Source: Thermodesulfobacteriota bacterium
GTDB taxonomy: Bacteria; DASVDK01
Assembly (NCBI GenBank): GCA_036381125.1
Contig: DASVDK010000273.1
Span: forward strand, 1 to 37,202
DNA length: 37,202 nucleotides
Direction: 5' to 3'
Shown here: positions 1 through 10,841 of the stretch, one piece after another
Position numbering within the stretch: position 1 is the stretch's first letter
Layout of the letters: every line of letters starts with the position of its first letter
The notes under the pieces: model-generated
Seen by the model: only the letters and a program-made list of their open reading frames with translations
Told to the model about the DNA's origin: nothing
Database searches by the model: none
Made by a program: the position numbers and the translations under genes

Positions 1-209
1 GGCACCGAGAGCGAGGCGCGGCTCGCGAAACGCCTGCCTTCGGCAGGCTGCGTCTCACGCCGCGCCGAGCGGGAAGGGGGGTGCGGGGGGCCCGGCTCGG
101 CGACGCGGCCGGCGGTGCGGCCCGTGAGGCCCCCCGCGGATGATGACGGCAGCCGGCCTCGAGATCGTGGGGTGCGGGACGTGAGCGAGGCGCTCGAGGT
201 GCAGTCGTC

Positions 210-860
210 GTGAAGGTGGGCGCCGCGGTGCTGGCCGGCGGCCAGAGCCGCCGGATGGGCCGGGACAAAGCCTTCCTCCCGTTCGGCGGCCGGCCGCTGA
301 TCGAGCGAACCCTCGAGACCCTCGACCGCCGCTTCGACCGCGTCCTCGTCGTGGCGAACGACCTGCCGAGGTACGCCTACCTCGGCCGGCGTGTCGTGGC
401 CGACCTCAGGCCAGGCACCGGCGCCCTCGGCGGCATCTACACGGCCGTCGCGCTCGGCACCGACGAGGCGAGGCCCCGCGTGTTCGTCTGCGCCTGCGAC
501 ATGCCGTTCCTCGACGTCGCGCTGATCGACCTCCTCCTGCGCGAAGCGGCGCGGGAGGCCGACGGCGGCCTTCCGGACGTCGTCGTGCCGGAAGACCCCG
601 ACGCGCCGGACTCGTCGGCCGGGCTGCACCCGCTCTGCGCCGTCTACGGCCGCGGCGTGCTCCCGGCCATCGAGCGCCGCCTCGCCGAGGGGCGGCTCAA
701 GGTCATCGGCTTCTACGACGACGTGCGCGTGCGACGCGTCGGGGCCGACGCGCTGGCGCGCGCCGGCGTCCCGCGGCACGCGCTGATGAACACCAACACG
801 CCCGAGGACCTCGCGCTCGCCGAGGCCATCCTCGCCCGGACGCCCGGCCCCGGCCGGTGA
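210..860 (+). CDS. mobA: Molybdenum cofactor guanylyltransferase
   Basis: [15 protein letters not shown]-terminal motif, GALGGI, ACDMPF, HPLCAVY and NTNTPEDL C-terminal motif; GTG start. Confidence 0.93.
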   Translation: MKVGAAVLAGGQSRRMGRDKAFLPFGGRPLIERTLETLDRRFDRVLVVANDLPRYAYLGRRVVADLRPGTGALGGIYTAVALGTDEARPRVFVCACDMPFLDVALIDLLLREAAREADGGLPDVVVPEDPDAPDSSAGLHPLCAVYGRGVLPAIERRLAEGRLKVIGFYDDVRVRRVGADALARAGVPRHALMNTNTPEDLALAEAILARTPGPGR

Positions 861-930
861 CGGGCGCCGTCACCGGTTACCCGTCTCACACGGCGTAACC
901 CCGCGTGCGGGGCCGGCCATCGATCGGGGC

Positions 931-2202
<1,272 letters not shown>

Positions 2203-2283
2203 TCGACCGGGCACCGCGCAGTCGGGCCAGGACCCCTCTTCCCCTTCGCCCGCCGGCTCGCTACCCTTGCCCGCCGCGAGCCG

Positions 2284-2387
2284 GTGCGAATTTTGTCACC
2301 GACGCGCACGTTTTGCGTGCGCGCGGCCCGACTCCCGGCGGCGCATGCCTGCAATACCACGAGAATCCCGGCGGCACGGCGGTTGCT
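2284..2387 (+). promoter_or_regulatory. Putative sigma54 (-24/-12) promoter with upstream activator-like palindromes
   Basis: CGGCACGGCGGTTGCT at 2372-2387 fits GG-N10-GC / GGCAC-N5-TTGC. Imperfect palindromes GTGCGAATTTTGTCAC (2284-2299) and GCGCACGTTTTGCGTGCGC (about 2304-2322) lie upstream at enhancer-like distance. Confidence 0.6.
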
Positions 2388-2468
2388 TTCCGGCGGAGCC
2401 GACGGCCCGGCGCGACGCTGGCCGGGCGTGCCGCCGCCGGCGGGGTCGCGCGAAGGGAGGCATCGAGG

Positions 2469-3200
2469 ATGGTCGCTCGGGTGCTGCTCGTCACAGTCGT
2501 GCTCCTCGGAGTGCTGGGGAGCCAGGCGCGAGCGGACGACGTGTCGGTCCGGGACCTCACGCAGGAGCAGTTCCGCGAGCTGTCCACCGAGGTGGGACTC
2601 GCCATCACGCCCTACCAGCTCCGGCCGGCCGAGGGCCTCGGCTTCCCCGGCTTCGACCTCGGCGCCGAGGTGACGGCCGTCGAGATCAACAGGAGCCGGA
2701 GCTACTGGCAGGCCGCGGTCGACGACCCGGACGACCTCCCGTCCTTCCTGCCGGTCCCCAAGCTGCACGCCAACGTCGGCCTGCCGCTCGGGATCGACCT
2801 CGGCGGCTACTACGGCGCCGTGCCCGGCTCGAACATCCGCCTCTACGGCGGGGAGGTGAAGTGGGCCATCCTCCGCGGCGGCGTCGTCTGGCCGGCCCTC
2901 GCGGTGCGGGGCGCCTACACGGAGCTGGCCGGCGTGGACGACCTGGACCTCAACACCAGGTCGCTCGACGCGTCGCTCAGCAAGGGCTTCGGGCCCCTCA
3001 CCCCCTACGTCGGCGCCGGTCGGGTCTGGATGGAGGCCGAGCCCAGGCAGGCCGCGGCCGCCGTCCTCGAGCGCGAGACGGAGCAGGAGGACCGGGTCTT
3101 CGTCGGCCTCAGGCTCCGGGTGCTCTTCGTCTCGGCGGTGGCCGAGGCGAGCTTCGCGAAGGTGCCGGCCTACACGCTGCGGCTGAACGTCAGCTTCTAG
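2469..3200 (+). CDS. Outer-membrane beta-barrel protein of unknown function (DUF6588-like)
   Basis: ATG at 2469 after GGGAGG; signal peptide ending ARA-D; amphipathic strands; C-terminal YTLRLNVSF beta-signal ending in Phe. Confidence 0.75.
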   Translation: MVARVLLVTVVLLGVLGSQARADDVSVRDLTQEQFRELSTEVGLAITPYQLRPAEGLGFPGFDLGAEVTAVEINRSRSYWQAAVDDPDDLPSFLPVPKLHANVGLPLGIDLGGYYGAVPGSNIRLYGGEVKWAILRGGVVWPALAVRGAYTELAGVDDLDLNTRSLDASLSKGFGPLTPYVGAGRVWMEAEPRQAAAAVLERETEQEDRVFVGLRLRVLFVSAVAEASFAKVPAYTLRLNVSF

Positions 3201-3215
3201 GAGCCACCATCGATC

Positions 3216-4493
3216 ATGTCCGACGCCGCATCGCGAGAGCCCGGGCAGCCGACCAGGTCCCGTCCCTGCCGCCGCCGCTGTGTCGCGTGCGGCCGCCCGT
3301 CCGCCGAGGTCCGCCGCCTCGTGTCGAACGAACGGTCGCGCATCTGCACCGACTGCCTCGACGCGTTCAACGCCGCGGTCCTCGTGGCCGACCAGCCCCA
3401 GACCGAGTCGTCCCGCCGCGAGCTGCCGACGCCGGCCCGCATCAAGGCCATTCTCGACGACTACGTGATCGGCCAGGAGAAGGCCAAGAAGATCCTCTCC
3501 GTGGCGGTCTACAACCACTACAAGAAGATCGAGTCGAACGCGGTCAACCGCGACGTCGAGCTCAAGAAGTCGAACATCCTCCTCCTCGGGCCCACCGGCA
3601 CCGGCAAGACGCTCCTGGCCCAGGTGCTGGCGCGGGTGCTGCGCGTGCCGTTCGCGATGGCCGACGCCACGGCCCTCACCGAGGCGGGCTACGTCGGCGA
3701 GGACGTGGAGAACATCCTCCTCAACCTCGTCATGGCGGCCGACTACAACATCGAGCGGGCCCAGAAGGGGATCGTCTACATCGACGAGATCGACAAGATC
3801 GCCCGCAAGAGCGAGAACCCCTCCATCACCCGCGACGTCTCGGGCGAGGGGGTGCAGCAGGCCCTCCTCAAGATCATCGAGGGCACCGTCGCCAACGTCC
3901 CGGTCACGGGGGGGCGCAAGCACCCGCAGGAGGAGGTCATCCGGGTCGACACCACGAACATCCTCTTCATCTGCGGGGGGGCCTTCGACGGCCTCGAGAC
4001 GATCATCGAGCGGCGCCTGGCCACCCGTGGGGCGATCGGGTTCGGCGCCGAGACAGCGCCCAGGACCAGGCGGGACGGCTCGCTCATGCCGCTCGTCCAG
4101 CCGGAGGACCTCTTCAAGTACGGCATGATCCCGGAGTTCGTCGGCCGGCTCCCGGTGACGACCGTCCTCCACGAGCTGGACGAGGAGGCACTCGTTCGCA
4201 TCCTCAAGGAGCCGAAGAACGCGCTGGTCAAGCAGTATCAACGCCTCTTCAAGCTCGACGGGGTGAGCCTCGAGTTCACGGACGCGTCGCTGCGGGCGGT
4301 GGCGCGCGAGGCGATCCGCCGCCGCGCCGGGGCCCGCGGCCTCTCGGCCATCCTCGAGGAGGCGATGCTCGACCTGATGTACGACCTGCCGTCGCGCCGC
4401 GACGTCAAGGGCTGCCGCATCGACGAGGCGGTCGTCCTCGGGCAGGGGACGCCGGAGTTCACCTACCGGGCCCGCAGGCGCAGGACGGCGTAA
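3216..4493 (+). CDS. clpX: ATP-dependent Clp protease ATP-binding subunit ClpX (paralog 2)
   Basis: CVAC...CTDC zinc finger, [43 protein letters not shown] loop; AGGAG upstream. Confidence 0.95.
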   Translation: MSDAASREPGQPTRSRPCRRRCVACGRPSAEVRRLVSNERSRICTDCLDAFNAAVLVADQPQTESSRRELPTPARIKAILDDYVIGQEKAKKILSVAVYNHYKKIESNAVNRDVELKKSNILLLGPTGTGKTLLAQVLARVLRVPFAMADATALTEAGYVGEDVENILLNLVMAADYNIERAQKGIVYIDEIDKIARKSENPSITRDVSGEGVQQALLKIIEGTVANVPVTGGRKHPQEEVIRVDTTNILFICGGAFDGLETIIERRLATRGAIGFGAETAPRTRRDGSLMPLVQPEDLFKYGMIPEFVGRLPVTTVLHELDEEALVRILKEPKNALVKQYQRLFKLDGVSLEFTDASLRAVAREAIRRRAGARGLSAILEEAMLDLMYDLPSRRDVKGCRIDEAVVLGQGTPEFTYRARRRRTA

Positions 4494-4512
4494 CTCGCTC
4501 TACCATCGGGGG

Positions 4513-4854
4513 ATGCTCGAGGCGCGCGACATCCCCTGGGCGCTCGGTCTGGGCGCCCTCCTCTCCCTCCTCGTCTGGATCGGCTTCCGGCTCGGCGTGG
4601 AGTCGCGCCGGCGTGACGCCGCGCACATCGCCCTCTGGACGCTCTACTTCCTCGGCGTCGTGGTCCTCGGCACGATCGGCCCCTTCTATGTGGCCGACCT
4701 CGCGCAGATCAACCGCCTGTCGCTGCGCGAGCAGTTCTTCTGGGTGGTCCTGGCGATCTGGGTGTTCGCCACGGGCGCCTTCATGGTGCGGGCGCTCGTG
4801 CGCCAGGTTCGGGCGGCCAGGGAGCACGATCGCAAGGGGAGCGGGAAGGCGTAG
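4513..4854 (+). CDS. Small hypothetical membrane protein (about 3 TM helices)
   Basis: Three hydrophobic segments, high GC3, 19 nt after the clpX2 stop. Confidence 0.7.
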   Translation: MLEARDIPWALGLGALLSLLVWIGFRLGVESRRRDAAHIALWTLYFLGVVVLGTIGPFYVADLAQINRLSLREQFFWVVLAIWVFATGAFMVRALVRQVRAAREHDRKGSGKA

Positions 4855-4857
4855 GCG

Positions 4858-5349
4858 TCAGCGCCCGTTGCCGAACCGCTCGACGATCCGCGCGATGATG
4901 GCGGTCGTCGAGAGGCCCTCGACGAGCGGGATGCGGACGACCCGGCCGCCCGCGGCCTCGACCGTGTCCCGCCCGACGATCCGCTCGAGCGGCCAGTCGG
5001 CGCCCTTCGCGAGGACCATCGGCCTCACCGCCGCGATGAGGGGGCCGGGGTCGGGCTCGTCGAAGAGCACCACGTGGTCCACGCAGCCGAGCCCGGCGAT
5101 CACCTCGGCCCGGTCCTGCTCGCCCATGATCGGCCGCTCGGGGCCCTTGCCCAGCGTCCGCACGGAGCGGTCGCTGTTCACGCCGACCATGAGCGCGTCC
5201 CCTTCGGCCCGCGCCGCCTCGAGGTACCGGACGTGGCCGGCGTGGAGCAGGTCGTAGACGCCGTTGGTGAAGACGAGGCGCGTGCCCGCCGCCCGGTGGC
5301 GATCGGCGATGGCGACGGCCTCTTCCCTCGTCACGATCTTCGCGCGCAT
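4858..5349 (-). CDS. rfaE2: D-glycero-beta-D-manno-heptose 1-phosphate adenylyltransferase
   Basis: VFTNGVYDLLHAGHVRYL, GVNSDRSVR, KGPERP, KGADW, STTAII. Confidence 0.93.
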   Translation of the reverse strand: MRAKIVTREEAVAIADRHRAAGTRLVFTNGVYDLLHAGHVRYLEAARAEGDALMVGVNSDRSVRTLGKGPERPIMGEQDRAEVIAGLGCVDHVVLFDEPDPGPLIAAVRPMVLAKGADWPLERIVGRDTVEAAGGRVVRIPLVEGLSTTAIIARIVERFGNGR

Positions 5350-5352
5350 GCG

Positions 5353-5853
5353 CTAGGTCCTGGGCAGGTAGGGGTCGCCCACGAAGAGCCCCTCGAGTTC
5401 GCCCGGCGGCGCGCCTCGAGCCGCGGCCACGGCCCGCGCGACGACCTCGCGGGTCCCTTCGGTGACCGGGAGTCCGCCCAGGTCGGCCGCCGACACCCAC
5501 CGCCCCTCCGGGCAGTCGTCGCCGCAGACGATCTCGCGCGAGGCGTCGGCCGCGAGCCCGCAGAGGAAGTCGATCAGGACGTAGTGGTAGCGCACGCGCC
5601 CGTCGTCGTCGCGGACGATCCGCTCGAGCAGCTCGACCACCGGACCCGCCTCGACGACGAGGCCGGTCTCCTCGCGCACCTCGCGCTCGACGGCGGCGCG
5701 AAGCGACTCGCCCGCCTCGACGGCGCCGCCGGGGAGCGTCCACTGCCCCACGTTGGGCGGGCGGCCGCGCCGGGTGAGGAGCACCAGGTCCCCGTCGAGC
5801 ACCACGGCGCCGACGCCGACGATGGGGCGCGCTGGGTACTCGCGGTCGCTCAT
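5353..5853 (-). CDS. NUDIX hydrolase (ADP-ribose pyrophosphatase-like)
   Basis: Nudix box GGAVEAGESLRAAVEREVREETGL; REYPARPIVGVG N-terminus; YHYVLIDF. Confidence 0.92.
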   Translation of the reverse strand: MSDREYPARPIVGVGAVVLDGDLVLLTRRGRPPNVGQWTLPGGAVEAGESLRAAVEREVREETGLVVEAGPVVELLERIVRDDDGRVRYHYVLIDFLCGLAADASREIVCGDDCPEGRWVSAADLGGLPVTEGTREVVARAVAAARGAPPGELEGLFVGDPYLPRT

Positions 5854-5931
5854 GTGCCTCCCGTCGGAACCGGACGGTGCCGGCCGGACCGGCGGCGCCG
5901 CCCGGGCGGTCGTGCCGGCCGCACGCCTCCG

Positions 5932-7059
5932 CTAGTGGCCGTGCTCGGCCCCGAACATGAAGATCCGCACCAGGTACACGAGGTAGAAGAGCCCTCCCAC
6001 CAGGAGCGGCCAGGCGGGGAGCCGTCCCTTGGCCCGGATCACCAGGAGCGCGAGGCCGGCCGACGCGAGCGTGATGATCAGGTTCAGGAGCTCGGTCGTG
6101 CCGAGGTTCCACTCCGTGAACCAGAGGCCGACCGTCACCGGGATGGTGGACTGGAAGACCAGGGCGCCGGAGATGTTGCCCATCGCGAGCGTGTCCTGGC
6201 GCTTGATGGTCCAGCTGATGGAGTTGTACTTCTCCGGCAGCTCGGTGGCGATCGGGGCGATGATGAGCGACAGGACGAGCGCCGAAAGCCCGAGGACCCC
6301 CGAGAGCGCCTCGATCGTGCCGATGAAGAGGTGCGCGCCGGCCGTGATGGCGACGAGCCCCAGGATGCACTGGGAGACGATGGTCGGCCAGTTGATCGGC
6401 AGCCGGAGGAACTTGTTCAGGTAGAACGTATCCGTGTACTCCTCGTGGGCCTCGGCCTCGTGCCCGAGCTGTCGCCGGAAGTAGAGGACGTAGATCAGGA
6501 GCACGACCACGCCGGCGACGATGTTCAGGATCCGGTTGCCGATGATGGACACGACCAGGACGAACGCGAGGGTCGCGAGGAACCACCGCAGCTCGAAGGC
6601 GAGCGACTTGATGTTCACGTCCATCTTCCACTGCCGTCGGCCGAGCGCCCAGAGGATGGTCACCGTGACGCCGAGGAGGAAGAAGGCGAGGGTCGAGAGC
6701 ATGAAGGGCGCGCCGAGGATGGCGCCGATGCCGATGTCGTGACCCGAGCCGGCCGCGCCGAAGAGGATGGCCAGGATGGGGATCATCGTCTCGGGGAGCG
6801 CCGTGCCGACGGCCGCGAGGAGGCTGCCGGCCGCGGCGTGGGAGAGGTGGGCCTTGTCGCCGACGTGCTCGACGCCGTTCGCGAACATCTCGCAGCCGGC
6901 GAGGATGATCACCATGGAGCCGATGAGCTCGGCGAAGAGGAGCCCCGTGCTGGTCGTCGCCCCGCTCTCGGGCAGGGTCGCTGCGGCAAGGGCGGACACG
7001 GGAACGGCGAGTGCGGCGAGAACCAGGAGCCGGCGGATCCGGCGAACTCCTCTGGTCAC
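5932..7059 (-). CDS. Sodium:calcium (Ca2+/cation) antiporter family protein
   Basis: Two alpha-repeat motifs, GTALPE and ATELPE...GNISGA; many TM helices; GGAGGAGG RBS before the GTG start. Confidence 0.88.
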   Translation of the reverse strand: MTRGVRRIRRLLVLAALAVPVSALAAATLPESGATTSTGLLFAELIGSMVIILAGCEMFANGVEHVGDKAHLSHAAAGSLLAAVGTALPETMIPILAILFGAAGSGHDIGIGAILGAPFMLSTLAFFLLGVTVTILWALGRRQWKMDVNIKSLAFELRWFLATLAFVLVVSIIGNRILNIVAGVVVLLIYVLYFRRQLGHEAEAHEEYTDTFYLNKFLRLPINWPTIVSQCILGLVAITAGAHLFIGTIEALSGVLGLSALVLSLIIAPIATELPEKYNSISWTIKRQDTLAMGNISGALVFQSTIPVTVGLWFTEWNLGTTELLNLIITLASAGLALLVIRAKGRLPAWPLLVGGLFYLVYLVRIFMFGAEHGH

Positions 7060-7197
7060 AGATGGCCTCCTCCGAAGCGTTTCGAGAGCGTCGCGATGTC
7101 CGTGTACGGCGCGCCGCTCGCATTCACGATGCGCGGGCGGGCGCCGTCGCGTCGGCCGACCCCTTCCGGACCGACCCGCGGCTCACGGCGACGGAGC

Positions 7198-7227
7198 ACG
7201 CTATCAACCCCGTAAGAATACCGTCAA
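7198..7227 (-). promoter_or_regulatory. Putative sigma70 promoter of the antiporter gene
   Basis: Minus strand TTGACG (7227-7222), 18-nt spacer, TAGCGT (7203-7198). Confidence 0.45.
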
Positions 7228-7259
7228 GCGCCTCGTGCGTGCGCGGTACCATATCCGGC

Positions 7260-7616
7260 ATGGCCGAGGCCCTCACCACCCCGACCGACCGCCATATCCT
7301 CGTGCTCGTGACCGTGCCGACCGCCGCGGACGGCGATCGGATCGGCCGCGCCCTCGTCGAGGGCCGCCACGCCGCCTGCGTGAACGTCGTGCCGGGACTG
7401 CGCTCGGTCTACCGCTGGCAGGGGGCCGTCGAGGCCGCGGACGAGGCGCTGCTCCTCGTGAAGACAACCCGCGAGGCCTTCGAGCAGGCCGCCGCCGCCG
7501 TCCGTGCCCTCCATCCCTACTCGCTGCCCGAGATCGTCGCCCTGCCGATTGCGGCCGGCCTCTCGGCCTACCTGGCCTGGATCGACGACGGCACGACGCC
7601 CGAACGGTCGTCCTGA
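7260..7616 (+). CDS. cutA: Divalent-cation tolerance protein CutA
   Basis: AACVNVVPGLRSVYRWQG, E.LLLVKT, LHPYSLPEIVALPI, YLAWI. Confidence 0.93.
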   Translation: MAEALTTPTDRHILVLVTVPTAADGDRIGRALVEGRHAACVNVVPGLRSVYRWQGAVEAADEALLLVKTTREAFEQAAAAVRALHPYSLPEIVALPIAAGLSAYLAWIDDGTTPERSS

Positions 7617-7644
7617 CCGTCCGGCGTCGCCTCGACTGCCGTCC

Positions 7645-8895
7645 ATGCCCGCCCCCGACACGGCCCTGGCCGAACGGCTCTTCGGGACGCTCCGCGAGCG
7701 GAGCCGCGACACCCCGGGCGTCACGCGCCCGTCCTACGGGCCGGGCGAGCAGATGGCGCACGACCTGGTGCGCGGCGAGGCCGAGGCGCTCGGCCTCGAG
7801 GTCGCCGTCGACGCGGCCGGCAACCTCTACGCGACGATGCCGGGTCGCGACCGGCAGGCGCCGGCCTTCGTCGTCGGCTCGCACCTCGACACCGTTCCCC
7901 ACGGCGGCAACTACGACGGCGCGGCCGGCGTCGTGGCCGGCCTCTCGGCCCTGGCCGGCCTGCGGCGGGCGGGCGTCACGCCGCCGCGCGACGTCACGGT
8001 GATGGGGATACGGGCCGAGGAATCGACCTGGTTCAACGCGTCCTACATCGGCAGCCGCGCGGCGCTCGGGCTGCTCGCGCCCGAGGAGCTCGACACCGTC
8101 CGGCGATCCGACACCGGCCGCTCGCTCGGCGAGCACCTCGCGGAGGCCGGCTTCGACCCGGCGGCCATTGCGCGCGGGGCGGCCCACCTCGACCCGGCCC
8201 GGGTCCACGGCTTCATCGAGGTCCACATCGAGCAGGGCCCGATCCTGGTCGAGCGAGGCATCCCGGCGGCCGTCGTGACCGGCATACGGGGCGCCTTCCG
8301 CTACCGCGAGGCGAGGGCCATCGGGCAGTGGGCCCACTCGGGCGCCGTGCCGCGCGCCCACCGGCGCGACGCCGTCGTCGCCGTCTCGGAGTTCGTGGCG
8401 GCCCTCGACGCGGCGTGGGGCGACCTCGAGGCCGGCGGGCACGACCTCGTCGTCACGGTCGGCCAGCTCTTCACCGACCCGCGCCTGCACGCGTTCAGCA
8501 AGGTCCCGGGCGAGGTCCGCTTCTGCATCGACGCCCGGAGCCTCTCCACCGCCACGCTCGACACGGTGCGCGAGACGGTGCATCGGCTCGCCGCGGAGAT
8601 CGGCGATCGGCGCCGCGTCCGCTTCGAGCTGGGGCCGATCACCGGGACCAGGCCGGCGGTCCTCGACGCCGGCCTTCGGGGCCGGCTGGCCGACGCCGCC
8701 GGGCGGCTCGGCATCCCCACCATCGAGATGGCGAGCGGCGCGGGGCACGACGCCGTCACCTTCGCCAACGCCGGCATCCCCACGGCGATGCTCTTCATCC
8801 GGAACCGGGGCGGCAGCCACAACCCCGAGGAGGCCATGGACCTGGCCGACTTCGAGCGGGCGGCCTCCATCCTCGCCGCCGTCCTCGCCGGGTAG
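7645..8895 (+). CDS. M20 family Zn-dependent amidohydrolase (allantoate amidohydrolase / N-carbamoyl-amino acid hydrolase type)
   Basis: GSHLDTVPHGGNYDG, AEES, EVHIEQGP, AHSG, SGAGHDA, GGSHNPEE. Confidence 0.9.
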   Translation: MPAPDTALAERLFGTLRERSRDTPGVTRPSYGPGEQMAHDLVRGEAEALGLEVAVDAAGNLYATMPGRDRQAPAFVVGSHLDTVPHGGNYDGAAGVVAGLSALAGLRRAGVTPPRDVTVMGIRAEESTWFNASYIGSRAALGLLAPEELDTVRRSDTGRSLGEHLAEAGFDPAAIARGAAHLDPARVHGFIEVHIEQGPILVERGIPAAVVTGIRGAFRYREARAIGQWAHSGAVPRAHRRDAVVAVSEFVAALDAAWGDLEAGGHDLVVTVGQLFTDPRLHAFSKVPGEVRFCIDARSLSTATLDTVRETVHRLAAEIGDRRRVRFELGPITGTRPAVLDAGLRGRLADAAGRLGIPTIEMASGAGHDAVTFANAGIPTAMLFIRNRGGSHNPEEAMDLADFERAASILAAVLAG

Positions 8896-8901
8896 CGTCA
8901 G

Positions 8902-8951
8902 GGGGTCAGGTCTTTCCATTTTCCAGACCGGCAAACGTTGGGGCCTGACCC
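8902..8951. repeat. REP-like 25-bp unit (family A) between convergent genes
   Basis: 8902-8926 GGGGTCAGGTCTTTCCATTTTCCAG is the exact reverse complement of 22376-22400; a partial inverted copy (GGCCTGACCC) follows at about 8942-8951. Confidence 0.8.
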
Positions 8952-8987
8952 GACTCGTTTGCCGGCGCGTCGGCCGGGCGCCGCACG

Positions 8988-9701
8988 TCAGCGGTGTCCC
9001 GTGAAGAGCCGGTCCGGGCCGACCCCGAAGCGGCCGAGCAGCTCGAGGGGCCAGGCGAGGTTGCCGACCTCCGAGGCGACGTAGGCGCCGCTGCCGAGCG
9101 CCAGCCGCGCCCCCGCGGCGAGCCACCGTTCGAGGGCCCGCTCGTGGGGCAGCCTCGTCCGCCCGGACAGCTCGAGCGCCACGCCCTCCCGGGCCGCCGT
9201 CCGGCCGATGCGGTCGAGGTGCCGGTCGTCGAACAGCGCGGGGGCGTTTGGCCGCAGGGCGCTCGGCAGGAGCGTGGGGTGGGCGAGGAGGTCGATCGGC
9301 TCCTCCTCCATCGCCTCGCAGAGCCGGTCGACGACCGCCTGCACGATCTCCTCGGGCGCGACCTCCGGGCGGCCCGGGTCGGCCATCGAGACGGTATGCG
9401 GCCCGATGCGCAGCGTGTGGAGCCCTCCCACGACGTAGTCGAGGCGGCGCTCCACGGACGGGGAGAGCCGGAACCGTTCGCCCAGCTCGACCTCGAGCGA
9501 GCGGAGCACCGGGAAGTCGGCCAGCTCGTCGAGGTGCTCGTGGATGCGCGCGTCGGTCGACAGGACGCTGTCGCCCCCAGCGTGGTCGGCGACGCCGATC
9601 CGCACGCCCCGGCGGTCGGCCAGCTCGACCAGCTCCGGCAGCTCGAGGCCGCCGGAGACGGCCGAGTGGACGTGGAGGTCGACGAGCCGGTCGACGCTCA
9701 T
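8988..9701 (-). CDS. PHP-domain (histidinol-phosphatase/YcdX-like) protein, metal site partly degenerate
   Basis: DLHVHS, ADHA, LEVE, GGLH, LAHP; last motif reads GSGAY instead of GSDAH. The ATG at 9701 overlaps the upstream TGA. Confidence 0.78.
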   Translation of the reverse strand: MSVDRLVDLHVHSAVSGGLELPELVELADRRGVRIGVADHAGGDSVLSTDARIHEHLDELADFPVLRSLEVELGERFRLSPSVERRLDYVVGGLHTLRIGPHTVSMADPGRPEVAPEEIVQAVVDRLCEAMEEEPIDLLAHPTLLPSALRPNAPALFDDRHLDRIGRTAAREGVALELSGRTRLPHERALERWLAAGARLALGSGAYVASEVGNLAWPLELLGRFGVGPDRLFTGHR

Positions 9702-9856
9702 GCCGGGCGGCCCCGCTCGGCCGGCCGGACGATGCGGGCGACGAGCGCCTCGCCCACCGCGGTCTCCGGCGGGTCGGCCGGCTCCGCGACGGCCCAACGC
9801 CAGCGCCCGGTCACCTGCGACGCGAAGCGGTCGACGTGGAGCATGAGGAGCCGCAT
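9698..9856 (-). pseudogene. 52-aa ORF resembling the N-terminus of stand-alone archaeal-type threonyl-tRNA synthetase editing-domain proteins, apparently truncated
   Basis: Translates to MRLLMLHVDRFASQVTGRWRWAVAEPADPPETAVGEALVARIVRPAERGRPA; the MRLL.lH.D...EP....v.EALV pattern is recalled from that family; ATGA overlap with the PHP gene. Confidence 0.45.
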
Positions 9857-10013
9857 CCCGAGACGCTAGCGCCGGGAGCCTGCCGCGGGCAAGGTCTCGG
9901 CGAGGTGGTCGGCCGCCCGTCTGGCAGCCCTCGTTGGCCGTCCCGGCGAGGCGTGCACGACGACCTCGGCGTCGGGCAGCGGCGGAGGCCGTCGGCCGCT
10001 CCCGGGACGCAGT

Positions 10014-10077
10014 GCGCTTGCCGCCGGCGGGCAGCGTCTCGCGAGCCACCACGTCGAAGGGAGAGGAGAAGAGGCGC
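10014..10077 (-). pseudogene. Remnant copy of part of the 10842-11252 gene
   Basis: 64-nt direct repeat of 11067-11130 with 5 mismatches; encodes RLFSSPFDVVARETLPAGGKR. Confidence 0.7.
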
Positions 10078-10474
10078 CGCCTGCCGCAGTCAGGCGTCGC
10101 CGAAACGAGCCCCGGAATGCGGCAGGGTGCGGCGTGGGGTACCCGCGGTGTCTGGGGCCGACCGCGAGGTTTGGAATGGCAGTTGAGGCATCCAGTACCG
10201 CATCAAGCTCGCCGTCTGTCGAGAGTCAGACGAAGTGGCCTGTCAAGGGCCTTTTTCGTTTGCGAGCCAGTCGACGAAGCGACCATAGTCCAGGCCAATA
10301 GGCACGTTTGGGCAGGGTGCGGCCGGTGGGGCAATGGCGAAGGGCCAGAAGGGCGAGTCGCAGCCAGGCGTAGCGCTTGAGATCATCGGGCCGCGAGCTT
10401 CAGAAGAAGATCGATCCTGGACGTAGTTCCAGCAATTCGACACCTAGAGGGACAACGCGACCTGGGGACAAGCC

Positions 10475-10672
10475 ATGGCGGCAGCCACAGAAGCAGCTGC
10501 GGCGATCCACTTCGCGCTCGTGCTTTTCCTGCTCTGGGTGCTCATCTTCTGGATGTGGCCGAGCCTACGGCTGGATATGGGACAGATTTCGTTTCCGAAG
10601 CACGCTCCCGGCAGCCACGCCTCCGCTCGGCCGCCCCGTGCCGCACGCCGCGACGCCCGGAACGGCCCTTGA
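10475..10672 (+). CDS. Short hypothetical membrane peptide or gene fragment in a lower-GC patch
   Basis: One strong TM segment (IHFALVLFLLWVLIFWMW); atypical codon usage; GGGGA upstream. Confidence 0.3.
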   Translation: MAAATEAAAAIHFALVLFLLWVLIFWMWPSLRLDMGQISFPKHAPGSHASARPPRAARRDARNGP

Positions 10673-10841
10673 TGGCGGTATGGCGTCCGGCTCAACTTGG
10701 CCGCCCTGCACGAGGAGGCGTCGCCCCACCCGTCCGAGGCGGGGAGCCGCTGGTGCTGGCAGGGCTACGAGCGGCGCGAGGACCGGCGGGACCTCGGCCG
10801 CGGGTGGGGTGGCGCCGGGGAACAAGGCCGTTCCCGCGCCA

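Noticed and set aside
7060-7200. yybP-ykoY (Mn2+) riboswitch before the antiporter
   Set aside because: The conserved GGGGAGUAG-type and associated motifs are not visible.
8988-10052. 354-aa ORF taken at full length
   Set aside because: The PHP domain starts at ATG 9701; the upstream extension runs through a gene remnant and a different short ORF.
10237-10262. Rho-independent terminator GGCCT-GTCAA-GGGCC-TTTTT
   Set aside because: The stem is only about 5 bp and no credible plus-strand gene lies upstream of it.
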